The notes under the pieces: model-generated | Seen by the model: only the letters and a program-made list of their open reading frames with translations | Told to the model about the DNA's origin: nothing | The model's database searches: none | Shown: piece after piece, positions 36,122 through 46,944 of the stretch | Layout: each line of letters starts with the position of its first letter | How positions within the stretch are numbered: position 1 is the stretch's first letter | DNA from: Rhodothermales bacterium | GTDB lineage: Bacteria > Bacteroidota > Rhodothermia > Rhodothermales > Bin80 | Assembly: GCA_965200955.1 (NCBI GenBank) | Contig: OZ241742.1 | Span: forward strand, 702,831 to 766,830 | DNA length: 64,000 nt | Direction of reading: 5' to 3' | Made by a program: the position numbers and the translations under genes

Positions 36122-36926
36122 GAGTAAAAATCAGTTCAACGGTAGCTGAATGTAATTTCATTTGTTCAAATAGATGAGTCTCTGGGTTATATCCATGAAT
36201 TCGAGTGATAACTCCATGTTCGGTTTTTTCAAGAGAATTCCAGGAATTGAGCCCCATATGGGGTGCACGCCAGCGATCTGAACATGCAGTACCAGCATAA
36301 GAAAATAGCATGTCTTTTCCCGCAATCTGATCGCTACTTGTAAGTGCTATATGCCAATGACCAGCACAAATGACATGTACACCATAGGTGGCAGCTGTCG
36401 CAAGAAGATTATACCCACCATGTGCTACATCAGAGTTACTATAAAAGAGACTTAGATCAAGTGGATGATGAGTTGCAAGGATTTTTAATGTGTCTGGTGA
36501 ACGATTAGAGAAAAATTCTCTGATTCTCGCTTGATGGCGAGCCGTGCATCGGCCGCTTTTAATCGTCAACCCATGAGCGGTATTCAATCCAAGTGCGGCT
36601 ATATTATCTGCTAAGATGTACGGTTCAAGTTCAGGTGAAATCATTTTCTTATAACGCCTCAATGGATTGAAAACCCTGAGATCTGGACGATGCCACCACG
36701 CGTGAACATCATGGTTGCCTGGGACGACCAGATGGGGGATCGGTAGATTTTGGAAAAATTGATTCGCCTGAATAAACTCAGATTTTCGTGCACGTTGAGT
36801 TAGATCGCCAGTAACCAAAACAAGATCACATCGATAGTCAATGATGCTTTGAATCAGATCCTCTACGACATGTTCATAGGAAATCCTGCCAAAATGCAGA
36901 TCGCTAATGTGTGCAATCCTCATCAA
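36114..36926 (-). CDS. calcineurin-like metallophosphoesterase
   Basis: MRIAHISDLHFG, LVTGDLT, VPGNHD and AGHWH motifs. Confidence 0.85.
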   Translation of the reverse strand: MMRIAHISDLHFGRISYEHVVEDLIQSIIDYRCDLVLVTGDLTQRARKSEFIQANQFFQNLPIPHLVVPGNHDVHAWWHRPDLRVFNPLRRYKKMISPELEPYILADNIAALGLNTAHGLTIKSGRCTARHQARIREFFSNRSPDTLKILATHHPLDLSLFYSNSDVAHGGYNLLATAATYGVHVICAGHWHIALTSSDQIAGKDMLFSYAGTACSDRWRAPHMGLNSWNSLEKTEHGVITRIHGYNPETHLFEQMKLHSATVELIFTHD

Positions 36927-37176
36927 AAAACCTGCTGAGCTCGCTTACATTGATCAACTCTTCTTATCCATTGAGTTGAGTAAATACTCATCCATTCAAT
37001 GGAAATAATAGGATTCGTATAATGAAACACGGATTAACTGATTTTAAGCCCCTACAGAATCGCAATCCATTCAGACAAGAGGAATACATACCATCCAATA
37101 GGTAGCCATCTAACTCCGTAGCCATTACAAAATTCTCACAAAACAACCGATGAAGAATGGTCAACCCAGTCAATTG

Positions 37177-38448
37177 CTATAAAAGTAAACTCACAGGATT
37201 CTCCAATAACTCCTTCAAAGTGGACATAAACCGTGCACCAACTGCTCCATCTACGACGCGATGATCACAAGAAAGGGTGAGCTTCATTCGTTTACCAGCA
37301 ACGACCGCACCATCTTCAACCACGGGTACATCACGAATGGAACCTATGGCAAGAATGCAAGCATTCGGAGGATTAATGATTGCAGTGAACGATTCAATTC
37401 CAAACATACCAAGGTTACTAGTTGTGAAGGTGGAACCTTCCATTTCTGAGAGATCCAATTGTTTGTCTCGGGCACGTGTAGCCAGTGCCTGAATTTCCAG
37501 TCCAATCGTTGAGACACTCTTTAAGTGAGCATCTCGGACGACAGGAGTGACAAGGCCATCATCAATGGCAACAGCGATGCCGACATCTACATAATTGTAT
37601 CGGTGAATAACACCATCTTCGGACGCATAGGTCACATTCACATCGGGATGCATGATCAAACCACTTGCACATGCTTTGGTAATAAAGTCGTTGAACGAAA
37701 CTTTAAAGCCACTGGATTTTTCAAGATACTCATTCACCGTCTGACGCTGGGCGATTAACGCAGCAACATCCACATCAGCATTCAAATAGAAGTGAGGCGA
37801 GGTGTATTTACTTTCAGCCAGCCGTCTGGCAATGGTCTTACGCATAGAAGAGATGCGAATACTTTCATATCCACGTTCTGCAGACACGGGGACTTGAGGA
37901 GATGGTAGACTCGGTTTCAAGACATGAGTGCGGTCAATCTCGGCTTGAATGTCTCGTTTAATAATACGCCCTGATGGGCCAGACCCCATGACATCCACGA
38001 GCTTGAGCCCGTGATCGGTCGCCATGCGTTTTGCTAATGGCGACGCTTTGGTGCGACCATTGGTAGAAGATGACTCTTGTGGAGATGCTGCAGGCTGATG
38101 CGTTGCTGCTTGCACAACAGCGGGTGGAGCTTCATTGGACGAATCTGGCGTTGATGATGAGTCTACGCCATTTGACTGATACTCTTTCAGAAGTTCTGCA
38201 ATATCTTCGCCGGCATCTCCAAGGACAGCAATCAATCCTCCTAAGGGAAGAGCATCTCCAGTATTGGCTACTTTTTTGAGCAAGACACCATCATCGTAGG
38301 CTTCCACATCCATGGTGGCTTTGTCTGTCTCTACCAGAGCAATCACATCTCCGGCAGAAACTTTGTCGCCTTCCTCAACAGACCATTCTACGAGGATACC
38401 CTCTTCCATGGTATCCGTCAGCTTGGGCATTTCTATGGCAATCGGCAT
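37177..38448 (-). CDS. pdhC: 2-oxo acid (pyruvate) dehydrogenase complex E2, dihydrolipoamide acetyltransferase
   Basis: Lipoyl domain (VETDKATMDVEA), an Ala/Pro-rich linker, the E3-binding domain (SPLAKRMA), and the catalytic domain with the DHRVVDGA motif. The ATG at 38448 is preferred to the TTG at 38475. Confidence 0.9.
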   Translation of the reverse strand: MPIAIEMPKLTDTMEEGILVEWSVEEGDKVSAGDVIALVETDKATMDVEAYDDGVLLKKVANTGDALPLGGLIAVLGDAGEDIAELLKEYQSNGVDSSSTPDSSNEAPPAVVQAATHQPAASPQESSSTNGRTKASPLAKRMATDHGLKLVDVMGSGPSGRIIKRDIQAEIDRTHVLKPSLPSPQVPVSAERGYESIRISSMRKTIARRLAESKYTSPHFYLNADVDVAALIAQRQTVNEYLEKSSGFKVSFNDFITKACASGLIMHPDVNVTYASEDGVIHRYNYVDVGIAVAIDDGLVTPVVRDAHLKSVSTIGLEIQALATRARDKQLDLSEMEGSTFTTSNLGMFGIESFTAIINPPNACILAIGSIRDVPVVEDGAVVAGKRMKLTLSCDHRVVDGAVGARFMSTLKELLENPVSLLL

Positions 38449-38471
38449 TCGTGAGTATAGGTTGGTTGGGT

Positions 38472-39455
38472 TCAATTCAGATACATGACCTGGCGGCAGG
38501 CATGATAGACATCCTCTGCACTCGGCATGTAATACTCAATCAGGCTTTTGGCATAGGGAGCAGGTGTATCCTTGGCAGTGACCCGATGAACGGGTGCATC
38601 AAGGTCATCAAATGCACGGGCCTGAATCTGGAAAGCAACTTCAGAGGCAACACTTGCAAAAGGATTGCTTTCATCAACAATCACACAACGGTTTGTTTTT
38701 TTGACTGAATGGATGACTGTATCCCAGTCAAAGGGACGAATGGTACGCGGATCAATGACTTCCGCAGCATAGCCATCCTTGGCAAGCATGTCGGCGGCTT
38801 CCAGTGCTCTCCAGTAACTTTTGTTATGTCCGATAATCGTTACCGCATCTCCCTCACGGGCAATTCGTGCTTTGCCAATCGGGATGGTATAGTCCTCGGC
38901 TTCAGATACCTCCCCACGCATTCCATACATGAATTCACTTTCCAGAAAAACAACGGGATCATCATCACGAATGGCAGATTTAAGGAGTCCCTTCGCATCA
39001 TCCGGGTTCGAAATGGAAATCACCTTGAGACCTGGAAAACAGCTGTACAGGGCTTCGACAGAGGTGTTGTGCGTGGCCGCCAGTTGCCCTGCGGCACCAT
39101 TGGGTCCGCGAAAGACAATCGGGAATGAAAACTGTCCACCCGACATGTACCTGATCTTGGCTGCATTGTTGATGATCTGATCAATCGCGACAAATGCGAA
39201 GTTCCAAGTCATAAACTCAATGATCGGGCGAAGCCCGTTCATGGCAGCTCCGAGGCCAAGTCCGGCAAAACCATTTTCACTGATGGGCGTGTCAATGACG
39301 CGCCGTTCACCATACCTCTCGCGCAAGCCCTCACTGACCTTGTAGGCACCGTTGTATTCGGCTACTTCCTCTCCCATGAGGAAGATGTCTTCATCTCGGT
39401 CCATCTCTTCCACCATCGCTGCACGAATGGCTTCACGTAGTTGTAATTCTGCCAT
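38472..39455 (-). CDS. pdhB: pyruvate dehydrogenase E1 component beta subunit
   Basis: 327 aa transketolase-like pyrimidine-binding and C-terminal domains (RVIDTPISENGFAGLGLGAA). It sits between the E1 alpha and E2 genes. Confidence 0.9.
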   Translation of the reverse strand: MAELQLREAIRAAMVEEMDRDEDIFLMGEEVAEYNGAYKVSEGLRERYGERRVIDTPISENGFAGLGLGAAMNGLRPIIEFMTWNFAFVAIDQIINNAAKIRYMSGGQFSFPIVFRGPNGAAGQLAATHNTSVEALYSCFPGLKVISISNPDDAKGLLKSAIRDDDPVVFLESEFMYGMRGEVSEAEDYTIPIGKARIAREGDAVTIIGHNKSYWRALEAADMLAKDGYAAEVIDPRTIRPFDWDTVIHSVKKTNRCVIVDESNPFASVASEVAFQIQARAFDDLDAPVHRVTAKDTPAPYAKSLIEYYMPSAEDVYHACRQVMYLN

Positions 39456-39458
39456 GGA

Positions 39459-40565
39459 TTAATGCGTTAAAAAAGGAAAATCTTTTTGGGTATATACATC
39501 CTCATAAATCGCCTCGGGCGGAGGCATGGGGCTCTCATCAGCAAATGTAACCGATGCACTGACTTCGGCTTTCACCTCTACATCCAAAACATCTAGGGCT
39601 TCAACAGTGATCAGATTGTTTTCAAGGATATAGCTCTTGAGGCGAAGAATGGGGTCTTCATTCTTCTTCTGCTCCAGTTCATCTTTGGTTCGATACTTTC
39701 CAGGGTCACTCATGGAATGGCCTCTATATCGATAGGTGCGGATTTCTACAAGAGAAGGCTGTCCCTCGCGGGCAAGTGCGACATGGTCTCGCATGGACTG
39801 ACAAACACTGAAGACATCCATCCCGTCTACCAGAGACCCAGGCATTGCGTAAGAAACCCCCTGCTTAAAAAGATCAGTTTCTGCTGCCGCGCGATCCACT
39901 GCGGTTCCCATAGCATACTCATTGTTTTCGATGACATATACAACGGGTAGTTTGTAGAGAGATGCCAAATTCAGTGTTTCGTGAAAGGAACCCTGCCAAA
40001 CAGCACCGTCTCCGATATAACAGATACAGACCCCTTGATCTTCACGATATTTATGAGCAAAGGCAATACCAGATGCCAGAGGAATATGAGCACCAACAAT
40101 CCCGTGACCTCCAAACATACGCTTCTCCTTGCTGAAAAAATGCATGGATCCACCTTTTCCATTGGAGCATCCATCCACGCGCCCAAACAATTCAGCCATA
40201 CATTCGTTAGAGGACATTCCAACAGCGAGAGCAATCCCATGATCTCGGTATGCGGTGATGACTGAATCAAGTCCTGACTTGAGTGCATAGACCGAACCCG
40301 TTGAGATGGCCTCCTGACCAATATATAAGTGTAAAAAACCACCAATTTTTTGTCTGCCATACATCTGAGCAGAACGCTCCTCAAAGCGTCGCTGAAGAAG
40401 CATATTGCGATACATGTCCCTTACATCTGCAACGCTCAATCCAAGGTCCGAATGAGTAAAACGGTCACCTGGGTAATGCCTAAAGGTCAGCTGGGTCTCT
40501 ATGGTTTCATAGGAGATATCGGGCAAACCGTTGGTTGCGACTGCACGTTTCTTCGTCACTGCCAT
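39459..40565 (-). CDS. pdhA: pyruvate dehydrogenase E1 component alpha subunit
   Basis: TPP-binding motif GDGAVWQGSFHETLNLA...VIENNEYAM and YRYRGHSMSDP. Confidence 0.9.
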   Translation of the reverse strand: MAVTKKRAVATNGLPDISYETIETQLTFRHYPGDRFTHSDLGLSVADVRDMYRNMLLQRRFEERSAQMYGRQKIGGFLHLYIGQEAISTGSVYALKSGLDSVITAYRDHGIALAVGMSSNECMAELFGRVDGCSNGKGGSMHFFSKEKRMFGGHGIVGAHIPLASGIAFAHKYREDQGVCICYIGDGAVWQGSFHETLNLASLYKLPVVYVIENNEYAMGTAVDRAAAETDLFKQGVSYAMPGSLVDGMDVFSVCQSMRDHVALAREGQPSLVEIRTYRYRGHSMSDPGKYRTKDELEQKKNEDPILRLKSYILENNLITVEALDVLDVEVKAEVSASVTFADESPMPPPEAIYEDVYTQKDFPFLTH

Positions 40566-40667
40566 ATGATTAGAAAAAGTCTATAATTGTCTTGTAATGA
40601 TAAGTACAACCCATGTCTACGATTTCAAAGGCCTTTGGATCCATAAGAGTTCTCATTTTGCTCTAAA

Positions 40668-41396
40668 ATGATGAATCATACGCTCGCCATCATCCCAACG
40701 TACAACGAAGCGGACAATATTGCCGTCGCATTAGAGCGGGTGATGCGCCTACCGCTGGAGGTGAATGTCCTTGTTGTAGATGATGGATCTCCAGATGGTA
40801 CGGCAGATATTGTACGCCAAGCCCAAGCAGATTTTCCCGACAGAATTGAATTGATTGAGCGCACAGGAAAACTTGGGTTAGGAACCGCCTATCTGCTCGG
40901 ATTTGCTCATGCACTCAAGCATGGCTATCAGGTGATCTGTAACATGGATGCAGACTTGTCACACAACCCCGATGATCTGCCAACCCTGGTGAATGCCATC
41001 CACACCGATCAGTGTGATCTTGCGATTGGATCACGATACATAGGGGGAGTGCGGGTGGTTGACTGGCCCCTCAGTAGACTCCTGTTGAGCTACTGTGCTG
41101 GTTTTTACACCCGCGTCATCACTCGACTGCCCGTCCGTGATGTGACAGCAGGATTTTTGGCCTATCACCGTCAAGTTTTGGAATCCATTGATCTTGATGC
41201 CGTTCGGAGCAATGGATATTCATTTCTCATTGAGATGAAGTATCGCTCTTGGAAAAAAGGCTTTCGCTTGTTTGAGATTCCAATTACCTTCACCGAACGA
41301 ACCGAAGGCCAAAGCAAAATGAGCCGTGCGATCATTCGTGAGGCAGCGTTCAAAGTATGGGAACTGCGTCTTCGTTCTCTTTTTGGCACACTTTAA
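40668..41396 (+). CDS. GT2 polyprenol/dolichol-phosphate mannosyltransferase
   Basis: IIPTYNEADNI...VVDDGSPDGT...MDADLSHNP, 242 aa. Confidence 0.85.
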   Translation: MMNHTLAIIPTYNEADNIAVALERVMRLPLEVNVLVVDDGSPDGTADIVRQAQADFPDRIELIERTGKLGLGTAYLLGFAHALKHGYQVICNMDADLSHNPDDLPTLVNAIHTDQCDLAIGSRYIGGVRVVDWPLSRLLLSYCAGFYTRVITRLPVRDVTAGFLAYHRQVLESIDLDAVRSNGYSFLIEMKYRSWKKGFRLFEIPITFTERTEGQSKMSRAIIREAAFKVWELRLRSLFGTL

Positions 41397-41428
41397 ATCT
41401 ACTCTAACTATTCATTCATTGATTCATC

Positions 41429-42700
41429 ATGCCGTTTACGCATTTAGAATTGCCCACATCTGGAGAACCCATTGACTTTTCTGATGGGAACCTCCATGTT
41501 CCCGATCATCCGATTATTCCATTCATTGAAGGAGATGGAATTGGACCCGACATATGGGCCGCCGCCCGTTATGTACTTGATCAGGCTGTCACCTATGCCT
41601 ATGGAAATGACCGCCAGATTCACTGGTTTGAGATTTATGCAGGTGACAAGGCTCACCAGAGATTTCAAGAGTGGCTCCCCCAAGATACTCTGCAGGCCAT
41701 TCGTGACTATCGGGTCGCCATCAAGGGCCCCCTTACGACCCCCGTTGGTGGTGGTATTCGTAGTCTGAACGTTGCACTACGCCAACAGCTGGATCTCTGT
41801 GCATGCGTCCGACCGACTCGTTATTTTCAGGGAGTCCCTTCGCCAGTTCTCAATCCTGAATTCATTGACATGATCATCTTTCGCGAAAATGCTGAAGATA
41901 TCTACGCTGGAATAGAGTTTGAAGATGGAACTGCTGAACTGCAGAGATTCATGGATCTGTTCAAGGAAGCATTTCCTGATCATTTTTCCAAAATCCGCTT
42001 TCCCCATAGTAGCGGCATCGGTATCAAGCCTATCTCCGAAGAGGGGACTCAGCGCATCGTGCGGGCTGCGATTCAACATGCCATTGACGAGCACAAGCCC
42101 AGTGTGACCATCGTCCACAAGGGGAATATCATGAAATACACCGAGGGTGCATTTCGCGATTGGGGCTACAAGGTTGCAGCACAGCAGTTTGGTGCTCAAC
42201 CCTTGGACGGTGGACCTTGGCATGTACTTCGCCACAACGGACACGAGGTCATCATCAAGGATGTGATTGCTGACGCTTTTCTGCAGCAGATTCTTACGCG
42301 CCCCAAAGAGTACAGCGTGATTGTGACCATGAATCTCAACGGGGATTATATATCCGATGCCCTAGCTGCCCAGGTGGGCGGAATTGGAATTGCACCTGGT
42401 GCGAACATCAACTACGATTCTGGCTTGGCTCTTTTTGAAGCCACTCATGGAACTGCTCCCAAATATGCAGGTCTTGACAAGGTGAACCCCAGCTCCGTGC
42501 TCCTTTCGGGAGAAATGATGCTTCGCCATCTTGGTTGGAAAGAAGCTGCCGATGCGGTGATTCATTGTGTGGAAACGACCATTGCACAGAAACGAGTCAC
42601 CTATGATTTTCATCGTCTCATGGACAATGCCACTCTTTTGAGTTGCAGTGCCTTTGCAAAAGCACTGGTCGAAAATTTAGGTGCAACCACTTTGGACTAA
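41429..42700 (+). CDS. icd: NADP-dependent isocitrate dehydrogenase
   Basis: 423 aa, [48 protein letters not shown]. Confidence 0.93.
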   Translation: MPFTHLELPTSGEPIDFSDGNLHVPDHPIIPFIEGDGIGPDIWAAARYVLDQAVTYAYGNDRQIHWFEIYAGDKAHQRFQEWLPQDTLQAIRDYRVAIKGPLTTPVGGGIRSLNVALRQQLDLCACVRPTRYFQGVPSPVLNPEFIDMIIFRENAEDIYAGIEFEDGTAELQRFMDLFKEAFPDHFSKIRFPHSSGIGIKPISEEGTQRIVRAAIQHAIDEHKPSVTIVHKGNIMKYTEGAFRDWGYKVAAQQFGAQPLDGGPWHVLRHNGHEVIIKDVIADAFLQQILTRPKEYSVIVTMNLNGDYISDALAAQVGGIGIAPGANINYDSGLALFEATHGTAPKYAGLDKVNPSSVLLSGEMMLRHLGWKEAADAVIHCVETTIAQKRVTYDFHRLMDNATLLSCSAFAKALVENLGATTLD

Positions 42701-42720
42701 AAAATACCCGAATCTACATT

Positions 42721-42760
42721 CCATACGAATTCCGATCCGTCATTCGTTTATGGATTTTTT
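42721..42760 (+). terminator. candidate rho-independent terminator after icd
   Basis: Hairpin CCATACGAAT-[TCCGATCCGTC]-ATTCGTTTATGG (with a 2-nt bulge) followed by ATTTTTT. Confidence 0.45.
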
Positions 42761-42823
42761 GTGATGGCACTCATTGTGGAGTTTCGCGTTGAAGTGCGGT
42801 TCAACTGATCATCATCACTCTTT

Positions 42824-43747
42824 ATGATTGAAGTTCAAAATCTTAGCAAGTCCTACGGCAGTGTTGAGGCCGTAAAATCCATCTCCTTTGAGGTAAGTCA
42901 GGGAGAGGTGGTTGGTTTTCTTGGACCCAATGGTGCAGGAAAATCGACGACCATGAAAATCATGACGGGTTACCTTCCACCCAACGAAGGAACCGTTCTT
43001 GTGGATGGTATTGATATCCGAGAGGACGCTCTTCCCGTCCGTGAAAAGATTGGGTATCTCCCAGAGAGCACCCCTCTTTATTCTGACATGGTCACCTATG
43101 ACTATCTAGAATTCGTCGCGGCCATGCGTGGGGTTGCTTCCAGTGACCGTGCAAGTCGGATTCGGGCGATGACCAATTCCTGCGGACTGCATGAGGTGCT
43201 TTCGAAACGAATTGATGCCCTATCAAAAGGATTTAAGCAACGCGTTGGATTGGCGCAGGCTATGATTCACAATCCTCCGATCTTGATTTTGGATGAGCCT
43301 ACCAGTGGATTGGACCCCAACCAGATCGTTGAAATCCGGGAGTTGATTCGCAAGATAGGAGAAGAACGAACCGTAGTCCTTTCCACCCATATCCTCTCTG
43401 AGGTACAGGCATCGTGTGACCGTGTTATTATCATTGATAACGGTGTGTTGGTCGCCGATGGAACACCCGAAGAATTGCAGGCAGGACTCTCAGGTGAGGA
43501 GCAGATTTCAATGACTGTGCTAGACGGTGAAGAAGATGTAGCCGAAGTTCTTGGGTCGTGGGATCTGGCCGAGGTGACTGAGCATGGCGTGGATGAACAT
43601 GGAGAATCATATTTTATGCTCTCCTCCCCCCAAGATATTCGGTCTGACCTATTCCGACTGGCCGTTGATCACAATTGGACGCTCACTGGTCTGCAACGCA
43701 AGACGAAAAATTTAGAGGATGTATTCCGTCAGCTTACCGGCGGATAG
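42824..43747 (+). CDS. gldA: ABC transporter ATP-binding protein (GldA-type)
   Basis: Walker A GPNGAGKST, signature LSKGFKQR, Walker B ILILDEP. Followed by GldF/GldG-type genes. Confidence 0.85.
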   Translation: MIEVQNLSKSYGSVEAVKSISFEVSQGEVVGFLGPNGAGKSTTMKIMTGYLPPNEGTVLVDGIDIREDALPVREKIGYLPESTPLYSDMVTYDYLEFVAAMRGVASSDRASRIRAMTNSCGLHEVLSKRIDALSKGFKQRVGLAQAMIHNPPILILDEPTSGLDPNQIVEIRELIRKIGEERTVVLSTHILSEVQASCDRVIIIDNGVLVADGTPEELQAGLSGEEQISMTVLDGEEDVAEVLGSWDLAEVTEHGVDEHGESYFMLSSPQDIRSDLFRLAVDHNWTLTGLQRKTKNLEDVFRQLTGG

Positions 43748-43790
43748 TTCTCTCATTGATACCCTCAAGTAAGACGATTTAACTACGAAT

Positions 43791-44498
43791 ATGCACCAAA
43801 CTTGGACGCTAACCAAGCGTGAGTTGAGAGCCTATTTTGACGGTCCAGCAGCCTATGTTGTACTGTGTGTATTTTTAGCCATCACTGGCTGGTTTTTCAG
43901 CAACGCATTGTTTCTTCAGAATGTGGCTTCGCTACGTTCTGTGTTTTCGATTGCTCCTTTCATCTTTCTTTTCTTTGTACCAGCACTCACAATGTCTTCC
44001 TTTGCTGAAGAGCGTCGTGCTGGAACCCTTGAGTTACTCTTAACTCTGCCTGTTCGGGATTGGCAAGTCATTCTCGGGAAATTACTCTCGGTTGCCCTTC
44101 TTCTGATGATGGCCATTTCTCTCACCTTCGTCTATGCGATTACATTGGCTATTTTAGGGGATCTGGACTTAGGAGGAACTGTTGGGGGATACTTGGGACT
44201 GTTTTTGTTAGGTGTTACCTATGGAGCCATTGGAATTTGGGCTAGTAGCCTTACCCGGAACCAGATTGTGGCCTTTATTCTGGGATTTGCCATCATCTTT
44301 CTGCTTTTTTTATTGGACAAGATTACGGATTTTGTACCTGGGCAGATTGGAATTATCATGCAGTATCTTGGGGCTGATTATCATTTTCAGAATTTGATGC
44401 GTGGTGTGATTGATACCCGCGATATTCTGTACTACCTATCGGTGACAGGATTTGCATTTTTGCTGACCACTTACACCTTGGCCAAGCGGCCAGAATAG
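43791..44498 (+). CDS. gldF: ABC-2 type permease (GldF-type)
   Basis: 235-aa six-TM ABC-2 permease immediately after the gldA-like gene. Confidence 0.8.
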   Translation: MHQTWTLTKRELRAYFDGPAAYVVLCVFLAITGWFFSNALFLQNVASLRSVFSIAPFIFLFFVPALTMSSFAEERRAGTLELLLTLPVRDWQVILGKLLSVALLLMMAISLTFVYAITLAILGDLDLGGTVGGYLGLFLLGVTYGAIGIWASSLTRNQIVAFILGFAIIFLLFLLDKITDFVPGQIGIIMQYLGADYHFQNLMRGVIDTRDILYYLSVTGFAFLLTTYTLAKRPE

Positions 44499-44518
44499 AC
44501 GATTTGTGACGCAAAACC

Positions 44519-46033
44519 ATGAAAAGAGACGTAACTACACAAACGACCTTAATTCTCGCAGCTGCGATTATTGTAGTGATTAACCTTATCGGCCTCAATA
44601 TTTTTGGCCGTTTGGATCTCACCGATGATCGGGTCTATTCTCTTGCGAATGCCTCAAAAGAGATGGTCGAGAATCTGGATGACCCGATTGCCATAACGGC
44701 TTTCTTTACTGCCGATCTTCCTGCTCAATTGGCATCAAACCGGCGATTTTTGAAGGACAAACTGGAGGACTACCGTGCCTATGGTGGACAAAATATTGAG
44801 TACCGGTTCATTGATCCAGGCGAGGATGAAGAAATTCGGGGAGAAGCCGCCCGTTTGGGGATTCCTCCCGTACAGATTCAAGTGGTTGAAAGTGATAATG
44901 TGCAGTTGAAAAATGCATATATGGGGATTGCGATTGAATATGAAAACAATCGTGAAACGATTCCAGTGATTCAGGATCTGTCTTCGCTGGAGTATGATCT
45001 GACCAGTGCTATCCGACGCTTGACCCGTGAAGAAAAACCCGTTGCAGGTTTCTGGTCAGGTCATGGAGAGCCAGACCCCATGCAGGATATGCCTGCTTTG
45101 CAACAGAGCCTGTCGACGAATTATGATGTTCAGATCGTCACGGATGCCGATCTGATAGGATCCGCTCCTCCCGATGTACTGCTCATCGTTGCACCTACGG
45201 ATACGATTCCCGAATCGCATCTTATGGCATTGGACAGTTATATTATGGATGGTGGGCGTGTTGGATTTTTACTGAACCGCATCGCTGCCAACCTGCAGGC
45301 AGGGCAAGCATCGGAGTTATTCATTGGGATGGATGATCTTCTGGCAAACTACGGAATTGTGATCACCCCCAATCTGATCATGGATGAGGAAAGTTCGGTG
45401 GTGACGGTACAGCAACGTCAGGGATTTTTCAATATTTCCCAGCAGATGCAGTATCCCCTCTTCCCCGTTTCATCACGATTTAACACCGATAACCAGATGG
45501 TAAGCCGGCTCCAGAATCTGATGTTTTATTTCGTGAGTTCTATTGATACCAGTGCAGCTTTACCCAGCGGAGTCTCGCGTATACCTTTGATTTACTCCTC
45601 TCCACAAAGTGGTTTACAGCAAGGATTTTTTATGCTACAGCCCACACAAACCTCGGCCACCCTGTCGGGCGGCCCCTATCTCCTAGGAGCTGCATTTACA
45701 GGAGCCTTTCCAAGTGCTTACACGCCTGGGCGCACCAGTCTAGAGACCCGACTGGTTGTCGTAGGAGATGGAGACTTTATCAACGAATCCATTTTCCCCC
45801 CCAGTGGAGGAAATGCTCAATTCGGATTGAATCTGGTGGATTGGCTTGCTCAGGATGATGCTCTGTTGAGTATCCGATCCAAGTCCATAGAACCGCGCAC
45901 CCTCAATGATGTCTCTGAAGGCGTTCGTCCATGGGTGAAGTATACCAACATGATCGGCCCACTGCTGATTGTTGTTCTTTTTGGACTCATACGTTGGCGG
46001 CAACGACGCGGAAGACAAATCGTAGTTTTGTAA
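44519..46033 (+). CDS. gldG: GldG-type ABC transporter auxiliary component
   Basis: 504 aa with N- and C-terminal TM anchors and a large periplasmic region. The order gldA-gldF-gldG is conserved. Confidence 0.75.
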   Translation: MKRDVTTQTTLILAAAIIVVINLIGLNIFGRLDLTDDRVYSLANASKEMVENLDDPIAITAFFTADLPAQLASNRRFLKDKLEDYRAYGGQNIEYRFIDPGEDEEIRGEAARLGIPPVQIQVVESDNVQLKNAYMGIAIEYENNRETIPVIQDLSSLEYDLTSAIRRLTREEKPVAGFWSGHGEPDPMQDMPALQQSLSTNYDVQIVTDADLIGSAPPDVLLIVAPTDTIPESHLMALDSYIMDGGRVGFLLNRIAANLQAGQASELFIGMDDLLANYGIVITPNLIMDEESSVVTVQQRQGFFNISQQMQYPLFPVSSRFNTDNQMVSRLQNLMFYFVSSIDTSAALPSGVSRIPLIYSSPQSGLQQGFFMLQPTQTSATLSGGPYLLGAAFTGAFPSAYTPGRTSLETRLVVVGDGDFINESIFPPSGGNAQFGLNLVDWLAQDDALLSIRSKSIEPRTLNDVSEGVRPWVKYTNMIGPLLIVVLFGLIRWRQRRGRQIVVL

Positions 46034-46043
46034 TTCATAAATC

Positions 46044-46928
46044 ATGCAACAAAAGGTAATCTTAGTGCTGAGCGGCACCCTGATTCTTCTTCTGGGCATT
46101 GCTTGGCTTTCTGGTGTTTTTGATCAAAATTCTACGAATATTCAGGTACCCGAGCTGGATATTCCTACCGATGAAGTGACCCACCTGATGATTGAACTCC
46201 CCGATGCGACTCTGGAACTTGAAAAGCAGACCGATCAATGGTATGTTCGCCAGCCCGTTGACATGTTGGCTGACTCTTCCACGGTTGCTCGTACATTGGA
46301 TGACTTGAGTACGATGACGCTCAACAATCGTGTCACAAGCAATCCTGAGCGTTACAGCATTTACGGGATTGATTCTACGGCTTCGGTCGTGACACTGACT
46401 TGGCCAAGTGGATCCGAAACCATCACCATTTCTCGACAGGGAAGAGACTTTGCTTCCATCTATGTTCGTTTGGACGACGAGAGCGATGTCTATTCCACCA
46501 ATGGTCGAGTCACTTTGAATCAGGATCCTGAGCGGTGGCGAAACCGAATGGTTGTCAATACGGGCATGGGGGCGGTCACATCCGCCCGCGTGACTCGACA
46601 GGGATCATCGTATGAGGTTGCCCTGATTGACAACTCCTGGATGGTTGACGGTCAGGCGGCAGATAGTCTCAAGATCACCAGCTGGCTTCGACGGTTTTCT
46701 CCTCTGAATGCAGATGGATTCTTTGATGACCTTCCAGCTGCCATTCTTTCGGATGCAAGCTACCGCGTTGATCTATCGACAAGTACGAATACGACCGTTT
46801 CTTTGCAGGCAACCCCTGCTGAATCTGCGGTGGCATTAATTTCAGGTGGCAATCAATTCACCTATAAAGTATTTGAAAGCCGGTTAGACCAGCTCTTTCC
46901 AGAACTGGAGTCACTTCTTGCAGAGTAA
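46044..46928 (+). CDS. DUF4340-like protein following gldG
   Basis: 294 aa with an N-terminal anchor. Position and size are as for the DUF4340 proteins commonly encoded after gldG. The family call is from memory only. Confidence 0.55.
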   Translation: MQQKVILVLSGTLILLLGIAWLSGVFDQNSTNIQVPELDIPTDEVTHLMIELPDATLELEKQTDQWYVRQPVDMLADSSTVARTLDDLSTMTLNNRVTSNPERYSIYGIDSTASVVTLTWPSGSETITISRQGRDFASIYVRLDDESDVYSTNGRVTLNQDPERWRNRMVVNTGMGAVTSARVTRQGSSYEVALIDNSWMVDGQAADSLKITSWLRRFSPLNADGFFDDLPAAILSDASYRVDLSTSTNTTVSLQATPAESAVALISGGNQFTYKVFESRLDQLFPELESLLAE

Positions 46929-46944
46929 ACCACTTTATCCATCT

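Noticed and set aside
41777-42244. 155-aa ORF antisense to icd. Similar shadow ORFs occur in pdhA (39971-40384), pdhB (38709-39128) and ilvD (6688-7065).
   Set aside because: All are embedded in strongly supported housekeeping genes and carry no motifs. They are typical shadow ORFs.
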